Source: Gemmatales bacterium (lineage in GTDB: Bacteria > Planctomycetota > Planctomycetia > Gemmatales > HRBIN36). From it: DNA of 64,000 nt. Shown here in pieces: positions 9,612 to 19,721 of this stretch. Position 1 is the stretch's first letter. Each line of letters begins with the position of its first letter. Location: contig JBEPZY010000007.1 of the NCBI GenBank assembly GCA_041640595.1, positions 85,611-149,610 of the forward strand, written 5' to 3'. The position numbers and the translations under genes are program-made. A model generated the notes under the pieces. The model did no database searches. It saw nothing but the letters and a program-made list of their open reading frames with translations, and was not told the origin of the DNA.

Positions 9612-10739
9612 TTAGTACACACCCACGGTGGTAGTAGCAGCGAAACCGCGATAAGGCTTCACGCCACTCACACCATCCCACGGAAAGCGTTCACAGGGTA
9701 ATTCGCGTACACCTTCGTCGCGCTCAGGAAAGCGCGGCATAAAGAACTCTTTCGTCAAGGTGGTAAGCAGGACGCGGCCCTCCTGACCGTAATCCACGAC
9801 CCGATTATGATCGTCAAAATCTACCACCTCGATAACGGCACGAGGTTGTGGTGCGTAGTAGGTGATCTTATATCCGTCTTCCGGGCGAGGCATTTCGGAG
9901 ACAGCTAAACCCATCAGTGTATTTCCATAAGTCGGGGCGATATAGATACCAGGCCCGAGCAACTCTTCAATGGTAAAACGCATCCATTGCGGGGTCATTT
10001 CCGTTCCACCGCAGAAAATGCCGGTAATGCCAATTTCGCGCAGGCTCGTACCGCGTTTTTCCAGTTCAAGGGCGAGCGCTTCTAAAAGTTTCGGAGTCGC
10101 AAACATGCACTTAATATCGTGCCCCGCTTCCAGGATAGTGATGGCCTGCTCGATGCAATGTTCCATATAAGCCTTGGCCACATCCACCCATCCGCGTTTG
10201 AGGCACTTAACGACCCAGCGGGGATCAAGGTCTATACAAAAACAAATGCCTCCACGATACTGGCAGAGGTGTTCCACGGCCAGGCGCAAACGACGTGGCC
10301 CGGAAGGGCCTAACATCAGCCAATTAGCTCCTTTGGGGAAATACTGGTCGGGAAGCGTTGCGCTGAACTGTTCGTAATCAATGCGAAAGTCCTCGATATT
10401 GATGCGCGTTTTCGGGATGCCGGTCGTTCCGCCTGTTTCGAAAACGTAGATCGGGCGATTTTGGTAAGCTCGAGGTACCCAGCGGCGGACTGGCCCTCCC
10501 CGCAGCCATTCATCCTGGAAAAAGCCGAATTTTCTCAGGTCAGCAAAGCCGCGAATTTCTTTGCGGGGGTCAAAGTTTAGCTGTATATGCGGGTTAGTAC
10601 CGGCCAGGGCATCGAGCCAGAAAGGCGTTCCGGTTTCGGGACTGAAGTGCCACGCTACGATTTCGCGCACGTGAGCATCCAGGGCTGTGCGAGCTGCAGC
10701 GACACGTTCCTGGAGGGATGAAGCAAGTGCCGTGGTCAT
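9612..10739 (-). CDS. EhpF/GriC-like carboxylate-adenylating enzyme (LuxE-related)
   Basis: WHFSPETGTPFW, FETGGTTGIPK P-loop, IDLDPRWV, GGTEM, YGNT, ERD and C-terminal GVY; collinear with EhpF as I recall its sequence. Confidence 0.85.
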   Translation of the reverse strand: MTTALASSLQERVAAARTALDAHVREIVAWHFSPETGTPFWLDALAGTNPHIQLNFDPRKEIRGFADLRKFGFFQDEWLRGGPVRRWVPRAYQNRPIYVFETGGTTGIPKTRINIEDFRIDYEQFSATLPDQYFPKGANWLMLGPSGPRRLRLAVEHLCQYRGGICFCIDLDPRWVVKCLKRGWVDVAKAYMEHCIEQAITILEAGHDIKCMFATPKLLEALALELEKRGTSLREIGITGIFCGGTEMTPQWMRFTIEELLGPGIYIAPTYGNTLMGLAVSEMPRPEDGYKITYYAPQPRAVIEVVDFDDHNRVVDYGQEGRVLLTTLTKEFFMPRFPERDEGVRELPCERFPWDGVSGVKPYRGFAATTTVGVY

Positions 10740-10771
10740 GGTTAACGAAAGCTCCTGGAGTCAGCGGGAGG

Positions 10772-12418
10772 TTATTTAGTTTCCGCAATGGCGTAGAGAT
10801 TCTGGCGGGTCATGACATAGAGCACACCGTTGACCGCGATGGGCGTGCTCAGCACTGGGGCTTCCATTTCGTTTTTCGCTAGCAGTCGCAATTTTTTACC
10901 GTGCTCAAAAACATAGACGGTTCCTTCATCCGTGCCAATATAGACCTTGCCATCCACGACGTAAGGTGAACCCCAGATAGCGGAGAGGGTGTCGTACTCC
11001 CAGTATTTTTCACCGGTGCGGGCGTCGAAACAGGCAACAAAGCCGCTCAGGTTGGCGATATAACAAAGCCCATCGTGAATCGCACAGGTGGAAAGGCCAC
11101 GTCGCCAAAGCAATTTACCATCTTTATCTTGACCCCCGACGTGCCAGACCAGGCCGGAATTCTTATTCTCCGGAGCCTTCGGGTCAAAATTATCGTTCAC
11201 TGGCGAAAGGTCTATATTGGTCGGGCTGGCTTTACTGGGATCTATGCACCAGAGGTGACCGACGCCTTCACCATGTTCGGGGTCCTGGCCAACCTGAATA
11301 TAGACGCGACCTTCATAGACAACAGGAGTGGCGATGATTTCGTTTTTAGTTCCGCGACCCCCTAGGATATATTTCGAGTTCTTCGGATTGCAATCGAACT
11401 TCCAGAGCAGCTTACCGGTACGAGGTTCAAAAGCATATAGCCAACCGTCGCCGCCCGGGAAAATGACCTGCGGCTGGCCATTAATTTCGGCATAACAGGG
11501 ATTCGACCACTGGCCGTGCAGGATTTTGTCGCCGGGCAAATTGCTTTCCCATAGAACTTTGCCCGTAAACTTGTTTACTGCCAGGAAACTCGGAGCACGG
11601 GGAGCGGGAATGTTCTCATGCGATTCGTCATGGCCGTTGCCAGTAACAACGTAAACAATATCGCCGACTACCAGCGGGGAGCAGACCGCCAGGTTATGAG
11701 GAAAAACGCCTAACTCTTCCATCATATCCAGTCGCCAGATGATGTCGGCGTCGCTTTCGTCCTTATACTTCTCGTCTTGCACACCGTCGTTCTTACCATC
11801 GTGGAATCCTTCCGTGTCCGCGCAAACCAGTTCACATCGGTTACTCACGTAATAAACGCGATTATCCTCGACATAGGGAGAGGAGCAGATTCCCTGTTCC
11901 GGCCAATCGTTGACGCGGCCGGAGGGCAGCTTATCGTGAACCGCTTGCCAGAGGAACTGGCCGTCCGATTCGCGGAAGCAGATGAGAATGCCCTTATCCA
12001 CGGGAATAAGCTCATCTCCTTTTTTGACGGCATCGCGGGGATTGCGCAGGCCACCGTTATTAGTACCTAAAAAGATTTTGCCACCGTAAACCACCGGATT
12101 GCCATACGATTGAGAACCGAGCTTAGCGACCCACTTGATGTTTTTGGGAGGGATTTTCCGTTTGGGGTCGCCAATGTGCCACTCGGCGGGAAGACTTTTC
12201 TCCACGGTGTTGACCATATTGCGGAAGGGCGTGCCGCCAAACATGCGCCAGACCCTGAGCGGCACGTTGCTGATGTCCACCTTTGGCACCTGAGCCGCCG
12301 CTCGCGGGGAGAATGCCGAGGGCTGTTGAGTAGTTTGCGAAAACCAGCCGAGCAATAATAGAAAGCCGGCCGACAACAGTGCCAGTAGCCAGCGATAGCC
12401 AGAAGCTTTTGGCCGCAT
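10772..12418 (-). CDS. Secreted PQQ-like beta-propeller protein
   Basis: Signal/TM segment, WRMFGGTPFRN, IKWVAKLGSQSYGNPVV and repeated TGKxxW blades. Confidence 0.88.
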   Translation of the reverse strand: MRPKASGYRWLLALLSAGFLLLLGWFSQTTQQPSAFSPRAAAQVPKVDISNVPLRVWRMFGGTPFRNMVNTVEKSLPAEWHIGDPKRKIPPKNIKWVAKLGSQSYGNPVVYGGKIFLGTNNGGLRNPRDAVKKGDELIPVDKGILICFRESDGQFLWQAVHDKLPSGRVNDWPEQGICSSPYVEDNRVYYVSNRCELVCADTEGFHDGKNDGVQDEKYKDESDADIIWRLDMMEELGVFPHNLAVCSPLVVGDIVYVVTGNGHDESHENIPAPRAPSFLAVNKFTGKVLWESNLPGDKILHGQWSNPCYAEINGQPQVIFPGGDGWLYAFEPRTGKLLWKFDCNPKNSKYILGGRGTKNEIIATPVVYEGRVYIQVGQDPEHGEGVGHLWCIDPSKASPTNIDLSPVNDNFDPKAPENKNSGLVWHVGGQDKDGKLLWRRGLSTCAIHDGLCYIANLSGFVACFDARTGEKYWEYDTLSAIWGSPYVVDGKVYIGTDEGTVYVFEHGKKLRLLAKNEMEAPVLSTPIAVNGVLYVMTRQNLYAIAETK

Positions 12419-12446
12419 AGGTGTCCGGTCCTCCTTGGCGTCTCGG

Positions 12447-14753
12447 TTATGGATTGGGATATATTTTTACGTTGTCGAAGTACGCTTCAGCGCCGGGGGA
12501 AGTCGCGGTAATGCCCGTGGCGTAGGCGTAAAGACCGGCTGCCCCTTCGGTATTGGGAATCGGGTCTTCGGCGGTGATGGTCCACTCCCTGGGTTCGGGC
12601 TGCTCACGTGGCCAGACTTTGCCCAGAAGAATGCCTTTACCGTTGACCACGCGCACGCACAGTTTGAAGCGGTACCAGACGTTGGGTTGCCAGGGAAAAT
12701 CCACCTTTTGATTGATACGACCCGGAACGGCATCCGGAGGAGCGTCTTCGGGCCGGCGCGCTTCCCAGGTTCGTAAAAGCAGCCGTTGTTTGTTACCGTC
12801 CAGCGTCAGGCTATAGCGACAATTCACCACACCCATATCAGGAAGGTTGCGGCGACGTTCGGTTGCCATGAGATCGGCTTCGATAGTGTAGTTCTGAACA
12901 TGCGGCGTCGTTATAAAAGCAATAGCGCGGGCCAGAAGCGGATTCGGGTTGTTAGCCAGTTTTTTGAGCACCTTGTTCTGCGGATTGGTAGGATCGGTGG
13001 CGACGAGGAATTTTCCGGAGACGTTGACCCATCCCCCTGGCACAGCACCTTCCGGCATAGCGTCGAAAGTTTGCACGAGCGGGATACGAGGGGCAACCCG
13101 CACACGTGCCCGTGCGGTCAGTTGACCGAAGCGAGCCTGAACATAGCCTTGCTGGGCGGGAATGTTCGGATCGGCGCGGAACAGACCTGATTGTAAAGTT
13201 CCTCGCAGTGGTGGCGGTGCTGGCGCGGGTTTCCCCTCCGGAGTCGTTGGCGGTGCCTGGGGAGCCGGTAGCGTCCATTCTTCGGGTTCCACTTCGCGCA
13301 GGAACTGGCCGCGAGCATTGTACACGCGAGCGGTGAACTTTACCTGGCCGCCTGGTTCCAGCACCACATCTGCAGGAATCAGTTGCAGCCAGCTGGCTGG
13401 CTCATCCGGACTTACCTTCGGTTCTTGCGGTGGCAACGGTACCTTGCCTTCACGGCTTTCCTTTGTGGCCAGGCAGTACAAGGCATCGCCGGTGGTGAAA
13501 TATAAACGTCCTTTCCAAACGGCTGGCGTACCGTTGTTTTCAATCACTTCCCCATGCGGGCCGAGCGGGTTGGTAAACGTGTGAATCGTTTTGCAACTGC
13601 GGTCATCAGGCTGCAGGATGTGGAACTTTCCGGCGACTTCCATGATATAAATCCTGCCATCGGCCCACACAGGCGAACCACGGGCCATGGTGCCGTACTT
13701 ATGTTCCCACAAAGTTTCTCCGGTCAGTGCGTCAAGGCAATGCAGCTTAGCGGAATTGTCGGCGACGTAGAGACGGTTGTCGAATAACGCAGGGGACGCC
13801 AAACCCGCCAGGATGCCCAGTCGTCGCCACAGCAGTTTCGGCCTGCCGTTGCTGACCTGAGAAGCATCCAGACAGTAAACGCCTCCCATCTCGTTGGTGT
13901 CGAGGTTTTCATCGCCGTGGGTGATATAGACGCGGGAACCGGTAACCACCGGGGACGGATTGACACCACGTTTCGAGAACGGGAAACTCCAGACCGGCTT
14001 GCCAGTACGGGACTGCAGGGCGTGTAACGCACCATCCGCGCCGCCGCAAATGACCAACCGTTCGCCGTTGATGATCGCCACGACCGGGACAGAATACAGG
14101 GTGTCCAGGGGTTGGCCACCAGGTTCGGACCACCAGAGGACCTTGCCGGTCCGTTTGTCGAATGCAACAAAACGATGGCCACCGCGACCCTGGTCGCCCC
14201 AGCTGGCGTTCAGGAAATGGAGAATCACTCGGTCTTCGTCCACAATGGGCGTGGTAACGCGGCCACCATAACCAGAGATGCGGCCAAACTCTTCCGTCAA
14301 TGAGCGCGACCAGACAACTTTGCCGTCCGGAGAAAGACAGAAGAGCAAACCCTGAATGCCGTGCGCGTAAACATAACCGGTCTCTTCGTCGGCGGCCAGA
14401 TTTGCCCAGCCAACTCGGTTCGTAACGATGTCCGTATGGAAAATGTTGAAGCGGTACTCCCAGAGTAACTTGCCCGTGTCGGCGTCAAAGCACATGACCC
14501 GTTCCTGTTCGCGAATATTGCCGGGTTCTGCTCCGTTGATGATGTAAACGCGACCCTGGCAGACAACCGGAGTGGAGCGGCCACCGTAGGGCTGTTTCCA
14601 GAGCAAGTTGAGTCCCGATGGCGACCAGGCTGTGGGCAAGCCGGTATCGCGGGATGCACCATTCTGTTCCGGCCCGCGCCAATGCACCCAATCTACACTC
14701 CATGCGGGGATCAACAACGCACCCAACGTCAGCATCACAGCCAGATAGCGCAT
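12447..14753 (-). CDS. Secreted PQQ-like beta-propeller protein with a C-terminal lectin/DUF1080-like beta-sandwich
   Basis: DWVHWRGPEQNG, TGKxxW blades, and C-terminal WYRFKL...KVWPREQPEP...AYFDNVKI. Confidence 0.88.
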   Translation of the reverse strand: MRYLAVMLTLGALLIPAWSVDWVHWRGPEQNGASRDTGLPTAWSPSGLNLLWKQPYGGRSTPVVCQGRVYIINGAEPGNIREQERVMCFDADTGKLLWEYRFNIFHTDIVTNRVGWANLAADEETGYVYAHGIQGLLFCLSPDGKVVWSRSLTEEFGRISGYGGRVTTPIVDEDRVILHFLNASWGDQGRGGHRFVAFDKRTGKVLWWSEPGGQPLDTLYSVPVVAIINGERLVICGGADGALHALQSRTGKPVWSFPFSKRGVNPSPVVTGSRVYITHGDENLDTNEMGGVYCLDASQVSNGRPKLLWRRLGILAGLASPALFDNRLYVADNSAKLHCLDALTGETLWEHKYGTMARGSPVWADGRIYIMEVAGKFHILQPDDRSCKTIHTFTNPLGPHGEVIENNGTPAVWKGRLYFTTGDALYCLATKESREGKVPLPPQEPKVSPDEPASWLQLIPADVVLEPGGQVKFTARVYNARGQFLREVEPEEWTLPAPQAPPTTPEGKPAPAPPPLRGTLQSGLFRADPNIPAQQGYVQARFGQLTARARVRVAPRIPLVQTFDAMPEGAVPGGWVNVSGKFLVATDPTNPQNKVLKKLANNPNPLLARAIAFITTPHVQNYTIEADLMATERRRNLPDMGVVNCRYSLTLDGNKQRLLLRTWEARRPEDAPPDAVPGRINQKVDFPWQPNVWYRFKLCVRVVNGKGILLGKVWPREQPEPREWTITAEDPIPNTEGAAGLYAYATGITATSPGAEAYFDNVKIYPNP

Positions 14754-14887
14754 GCCCGATTCTCCTGGGGAAAGAGGATTCGCCTACGGGGATGGATGTC
14801 TCCGAAGTTACTTTATGTCGGCGGGTGGCTGGCGGAAACCAGCCCGGTTGTGGGAGTATATTAGTATAGCCGGACGGAATCAGTCAG

Positions 14888-16204
14888 CTAGATTTGCTTA
14901 CGCCAGCGGCGGGCTTTCAGTTCGTGGCGGGGCAAACTCCCAACAGGAACGATAGCGATTCTGGGCTTGATGAGAAAAGTTGCCTGTACTTCCTTGCAGA
15001 TACGCTCGGCCAGTTGCTGGCGATCTTCCGGAGAGTCCATACAGCGTGCTTCGGCAGGCTCGATTTCCAACAGCAGTTCGCTCAGTTCGCCTTGAGCGCT
15101 TACGGTCACCCGATATTCGCCGACTTCGGCAAATTTTCTCAGGACATCATCCAGAGCAGCGGGATAAATCTTGGCGCCACGGACAGCCACCAGGTCGTCC
15201 TGGCGGCCAAGAATTCCTCCTTTCAGCCGCAGCCAGATACGGCCGCACGGGCATGGTTCCGGATCAGCAATCACGCGATCACCGGTGCGATAGCGAATAA
15301 GGGGACTGCCCCAGCGGCCGAGGTTGGTCAGAACCAGTTCCCCTTCCACTCCCGCAGGCACGCGGCAGCCAGTTTCGGGATCGATTACTTCGGGGATGCA
15401 TTCGGTCTCCAGCAGATGAACACCGAGAGGATTCTCGGGACATTCGATTCCCAGTGGGCCGATTTCCGTCATACCTGTGTGATCGAAAACGCGGGCCTGC
15501 CAGCCTTGTTCAATGCGTTGGCGAACGTGCGGCCAGCTACCGCCTGGCTCCCCAGCCACAATGAGCATACGCACCGCACTATCTGCCAGGTCAATTCCTT
15601 CCCTGCGGGCGACTTCAAGCAAATGCAACGCATAGGTGGGTGTGCAAAAAACCACGCTGATGCCGTGATCCAGAACAGCCCGCACACGGGCGAGGGTGTT
15701 CATACCGCCTCCCGGGAGCATAAACCATCCGCACCGACTTGCAGCATCCCAGGCAGCCCAGAAACCAAGAAAAGGGCCAAACGAAAACGGGAAAAAGAGG
15801 CGGTCGCTGGCTCGCAAACCGACGATAGCAAATATCCGTTGCCAGCACTGCAATATCCATTGCCAGCTTTCAGGAGTGTCGAGCCAGCGAAGTGGCTGAG
15901 CGGTCGAGCCAGAAGTTTGGTGCAGTCGCACATAACGCGCCAGGGGATAGGTCAGGTTCGTGCCATAGGGCGGTGCAGTTTGCTGGTCGGCGAGTAACTC
16001 CTGCTTCGTAGTAAAGGGCCAGCTCGCCAGGTCTTCCAGCGAACGCGGCAACGCGCACGAACCAAGCTTGCGGCGATAGAAGGCGTTACGCGATAAGACC
16101 TCGGTCAGCATCGCACGCAGTTTTTGCAACTGCACCGCCTGGAGTGCTTCCCGGTCTGTTTCGCATCGGCCTAGTCGCATCGGTTGTTCCATGCCCAATT
16201 TCAA
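14888..16204 (-). CDS. Phenylacetate-CoA ligase (PaaK) family adenylate-forming enzyme
   Basis: FTTKQEL, HQTSGST, AGEPGG, GMTEIG, PLIRYRTGD and GRQDD motifs. Confidence 0.9.
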   Translation of the reverse strand: MKLGMEQPMRLGRCETDREALQAVQLQKLRAMLTEVLSRNAFYRRKLGSCALPRSLEDLASWPFTTKQELLADQQTAPPYGTNLTYPLARYVRLHQTSGSTAQPLRWLDTPESWQWILQCWQRIFAIVGLRASDRLFFPFSFGPFLGFWAAWDAASRCGWFMLPGGGMNTLARVRAVLDHGISVVFCTPTYALHLLEVARREGIDLADSAVRMLIVAGEPGGSWPHVRQRIEQGWQARVFDHTGMTEIGPLGIECPENPLGVHLLETECIPEVIDPETGCRVPAGVEGELVLTNLGRWGSPLIRYRTGDRVIADPEPCPCGRIWLRLKGGILGRQDDLVAVRGAKIYPAALDDVLRKFAEVGEYRVTVSAQGELSELLLEIEPAEARCMDSPEDRQQLAERICKEVQATFLIKPRIAIVPVGSLPRHELKARRWRKQI

Positions 16205-17188
16205 GATTCCCCGGCTCCAAAATCAAAGCCCCTCTATGGCAAGGTTATGACGAGAACTCGTTCCTCGGCCAGCGGTCAGGCAAATTCTCCCGCCCCTGTC
16301 CTCCGAAACCTTTACTTCCTGCTCGTTCGATGGGCTGTAATTACCCGCACTCATATCGAGTGGCGCTTCGTCTTAACCGCTTTCCGGCCTGATACCGGGC
16401 ACCGAGCCAGTGGCTGAAACTGAACTGGCAGCTTCGTCTCCACCGCTCGCCAGTGGTGGTACTGGTATCCGGTCTGGCGGTTTTGGATACCTGACCGTTT
16501 TGGTCGGGAACCGGTTACCGTCCGACAATTTTGCACCCTGGCTGTTCAACGTGCCTGCAGGAAATGGGCGAGGCTGCGACCGAGTTGCTGGCCTAAGCGT
16601 TCATACCCGGCAATCGTACTGTGCGCTGTGTTCCGCGGAGTTTTGAGGGTAACTGCGAATACCGAAGAACCGCGATTCAGCGCGACTATGACGCCCTTAT
16701 TTCCTGGTTGGATCGTGCTTGCGGAGGGAAGCGGGGCTGGCGAAGGGGAACGGTTCGGCGCGAACCATTTTTTCGCAAGGGCACGCCGGTCCAGAAAATA
16801 ACCTTAGCCACTTTCGACCGGGCGAAGGATAAGCCGCCAGGGTGGACGATGCGCTGGCGTAAACGAAGCAGAAACCAGGACTGAATTTGTGGAGCTCGTG
16901 GTGTCAGAACCCAGGCCGGCGGAACCAAGACGGGACTGATTATCCGCATCGCCACAATCATGCAGGTGAATAAAGACAGAGAACGGCCCAGTTTGACGGA
17001 GCCGACGGATACGTTGCCGATCGGCTGTCGAACACAGCAAACAACTATGCTGACATTATCGCCGGGAGAGTTAGCCGAAACTCACCGATGCTGGTGTTCG
17101 CACGAGCTGGCCATCCAGGTAACGCAAGCCGAGATACGAGAGCAACTGCCCAAATTTTTCGTGCCTGGGCCGTTTGCGGATCTGGTGT

Positions 17189-18046
17189 TTATTCTTCCTC
17201 GCGTACCAGGGCGAAGAAACGTTCGCGGAGTTGCCGGGTAATCGGGCCCGGTTTGCCGTTGCCGATTACCCGACCGTCGCACTTCACGACCGGGATAATT
17301 TCTGCTGCGGTACCAGTCAGGAAACACTCGTCCGCGGTGTACACATCATGGCGTGTCAGCGGTTCTTCGCGGGTCGGGATTCCGGCCCGCTGCGCCAGTT
17401 CGAGCACTGCATTGCGAGTAATCCCTTCGAGAATCCCGGCGTCCAGAGGTGGGGTGCGCACCACACCGCGGGTCACCACAAAAATGTTATCGCCCGTGCA
17501 CTCGGCGATTTCCCCTTTGTGATTGAGCATGAGAGCTTCCAGGCAGCCGGCCTGGATAGCCTCGAGCTTGGCCAGGATGTTGTTCAGGTAATTCAGCGAC
17601 TTGATGCGAGGATTGACGGCATTGGGGTGGTTGCGGATAGTGGCCACGGTAACGATTTCCAGTCCGTTTTCGTACAATTCGGGCGGGTAAAGCTGAATGT
17701 GGTCGGTGATGATAATCACCTGCGGGTCGCTGGTCTTTCGCGGATCCAGGCCGAGTGAACCGGCACCGCGAGTAACCACCACGCGGATGTAGGCGTCTTT
17801 CAACCCGTTGAGATCGAGCGTCTGGCGAATTGCCTGGGCCAGTTGCTCCTGGCTCATCGGGATTTCCAGGCGGATCGCTTTGGCCGAATCGTACAAACGT
17901 TGCAGGTGCTGCCGCAAACGAAATATTTTCCCGCCATAAGAACGGATGCCTTCAAACACTCCGTCGCCGTACAGCAAGCCGTGGTCATAGACGCTTATTT
18001 TGGCCTCGTTTTTGTCGTAAAACTGGCCGCTGATATAGACCTTCAT
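17189..18046 (-). CDS. ilvE: Branched-chain amino acid aminotransferase
   Basis: DHGLLYGDGVFEGIR, KSLNYLNNIL, ILEGITR and FLTGTAAEIIP motifs; start taken at MKVYI. Confidence 0.95.
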   Translation of the reverse strand: MKVYISGQFYDKNEAKISVYDHGLLYGDGVFEGIRSYGGKIFRLRQHLQRLYDSAKAIRLEIPMSQEQLAQAIRQTLDLNGLKDAYIRVVVTRGAGSLGLDPRKTSDPQVIIITDHIQLYPPELYENGLEIVTVATIRNHPNAVNPRIKSLNYLNNILAKLEAIQAGCLEALMLNHKGEIAECTGDNIFVVTRGVVRTPPLDAGILEGITRNAVLELAQRAGIPTREEPLTRHDVYTADECFLTGTAAEIIPVVKCDGRVIGNGKPGPITRQLRERFFALVREEE

Positions 18047-18136
18047 CGTTGCTTGTCTCCCGACACCAACGCTTCGTTGTAAGCCGGCACAAATCCATCC
18101 TGCCACAGCCCATCGTGCTGGCACCGGGCACGACGG

Positions 18137-19066
18137 TTAGCTGGCAGGGCGTTCATCCGGAGCACTAGTCGCTGGCCACTGGCCACCTGGCATTTCTCTG
18201 CACACAGGATGCAATTGGCCATCGGCTAGCCGCAAGACTCGGTCGGCCTGCTGTGCCAGTTCCCAGTTGTGGGTAACCATGATGATAGTCATTCGCTCGT
18301 TTCGGTTCAAGTCGCGGAGCAGAGCAGCGATCTGGGAAGCGTTGGCCGGGTCGAGGTTCCCCGTCGGTTCGTCGGCGAGCAGGAGTTTCGGCTGGGCGAA
18401 CAAGGCACGGGCGATGGCGGCACGTTGTAATTCACCACCGCTGAGTTCTGCCGGTCGGCGGTTGGCCTGACTCGCCAGCCCCAAACGATCCAGCAGTTGC
18501 CAGGCTCGCTTTCTCGCCGACCAGCGTTGCCACAACCACACTGGCACCGAGCAGCGAATAAGCGCTGGCATCATGATGTTTTCCAGCAGCGTCAGCTCCG
18601 GCAGCAGGTGATAAAACTGGAAAATAAACGCGATTGCCTCGTTGCGCACCTTGTCTTTCTCCCGCGGCGACAACGTGTCGAGCCGTCTCCCTTCAAACCA
18701 TACCTCGCCCCGATCCGGTGCGTCCAGCGTGCCGAGCACATGCAAGAGCGTGCTTTTGCCGGAACCGGAAGCGCCGACCACCGCCACAAACTCACCCTGC
18801 CTGACTTGCAACTCCACGCCGCGTAGCACCGAAATTTCGTGCCGACCTTTCCGGTACGCCTTATACAACTGCCGCGCTTCCAGAATCGGCCGGGCTCCGC
18901 TGGCCACGTCGTTTCCCGATCGCAGCAGCGCTTGCACCAGACCGTTCGCAGCTCCGCAACCATCGCCGGACGTTATCGCTGACATGGTCTCCTCTGCCGC
19001 CGTTGCAGGCGCTGCACCCAGCGGCGACACTCCGCTCGGGGATTGAGGTTCGGACAGCTCTGCCAT
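18137..19066 (-). CDS. lolD: LolD-like ABC transporter ATP-binding protein
   Basis: GASGSGKST, FIFQFYHLLPELT, LSGGE, LADEPTGNLD and VTH motifs. Confidence 0.8.
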   Translation of the reverse strand: MAELSEPQSPSGVSPLGAAPATAAEETMSAITSGDGCGAANGLVQALLRSGNDVASGARPILEARQLYKAYRKGRHEISVLRGVELQVRQGEFVAVVGASGSGKSTLLHVLGTLDAPDRGEVWFEGRRLDTLSPREKDKVRNEAIAFIFQFYHLLPELTLLENIMMPALIRCSVPVWLWQRWSARKRAWQLLDRLGLASQANRRPAELSGGELQRAAIARALFAQPKLLLADEPTGNLDPANASQIAALLRDLNRNERMTIIMVTHNWELAQQADRVLRLADGQLHPVCREMPGGQWPATSAPDERPAS

Positions 19067-19247
19067 TTTCGATCCGTCTAATTGGCTCATGCAGCCATCA
19101 TTGTGAGACAAGCCGCTAATCAAGCGTCCAGCTATTCTGCCATTTTCAATCCGTCTTATTGGCTCATGCAGCCATCATTGCGAGACAAGCCGCTAATCAA
19201 GCGTCCAGCTATTCTGCCGTTCTCGATCCGTCTAATTGGCTCATGCA
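19059..19247. repeat. 77-bp tandem repeat, about 2.4 copies
   Basis: ctgccattttcgatccgtctaattggctcatgcag... units start at 19060, 19137 and 19214. Confidence 0.92.
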
Positions 19248-19721
19248 GGGCTGGCTGGTTCGCGTGCCGGGCTGCCAGTCGCCCTGGCTAGTCTGAACAA
19301 TTCCCTCCCGCTGTCAAGAGCGAAATCACGAAGCCGGTTCGCAGCATGCTTCCTGAGCGCTGGTATGCCTGCACCGTCGTATGTTCAGCGAGAAGAACAG
19401 GGTCGCCTCCACATGTCCGTTCCACTGTGCCACAGCTCATTACGCAATAGCCACCACGGACGGCAGCCAACTCGATCGTCCTGAATGCTCGCCACTTGCC
19501 TCTTTGAATGTGTGGAACGTATGATCTTGCCGTTTATGTACACAGCTGCGTTTTCACGGATACAACAAAAGTGCTCTGGTTTAGTGGACGGCGGATTTAC
19601 TGGAGATGCCCGCCATGGTGCCCCGGTGAGCAAGGCCGGACACTGGCCACCAGCCACTGGGCACCAGAGACGCCTAGCACGACGATGGTGGGCAGTTGCA
19701 TGCGATGATCGGAGAAACACC

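Noticed and set aside
8117..10739. lux bioluminescence or phenazine operon
   Set aside because: No luxAB/luxD or phz core genes in the window.
5295..14753. Calling the beta-propellers PQQ-dependent alcohol/methanol dehydrogenases or BamB
   Set aside because: Only generic blade motifs are seen. There are no adjacent-Cys or other MxaF/XoxF signatures and no pqq or bam context.
14894..15997. Long plus-strand ORF of 367 aa (similarly 41586-42578, 50474-51322 and 56978-57859)
   Set aside because: These are antisense shadows of well-supported genes and carry no recognisable motifs.
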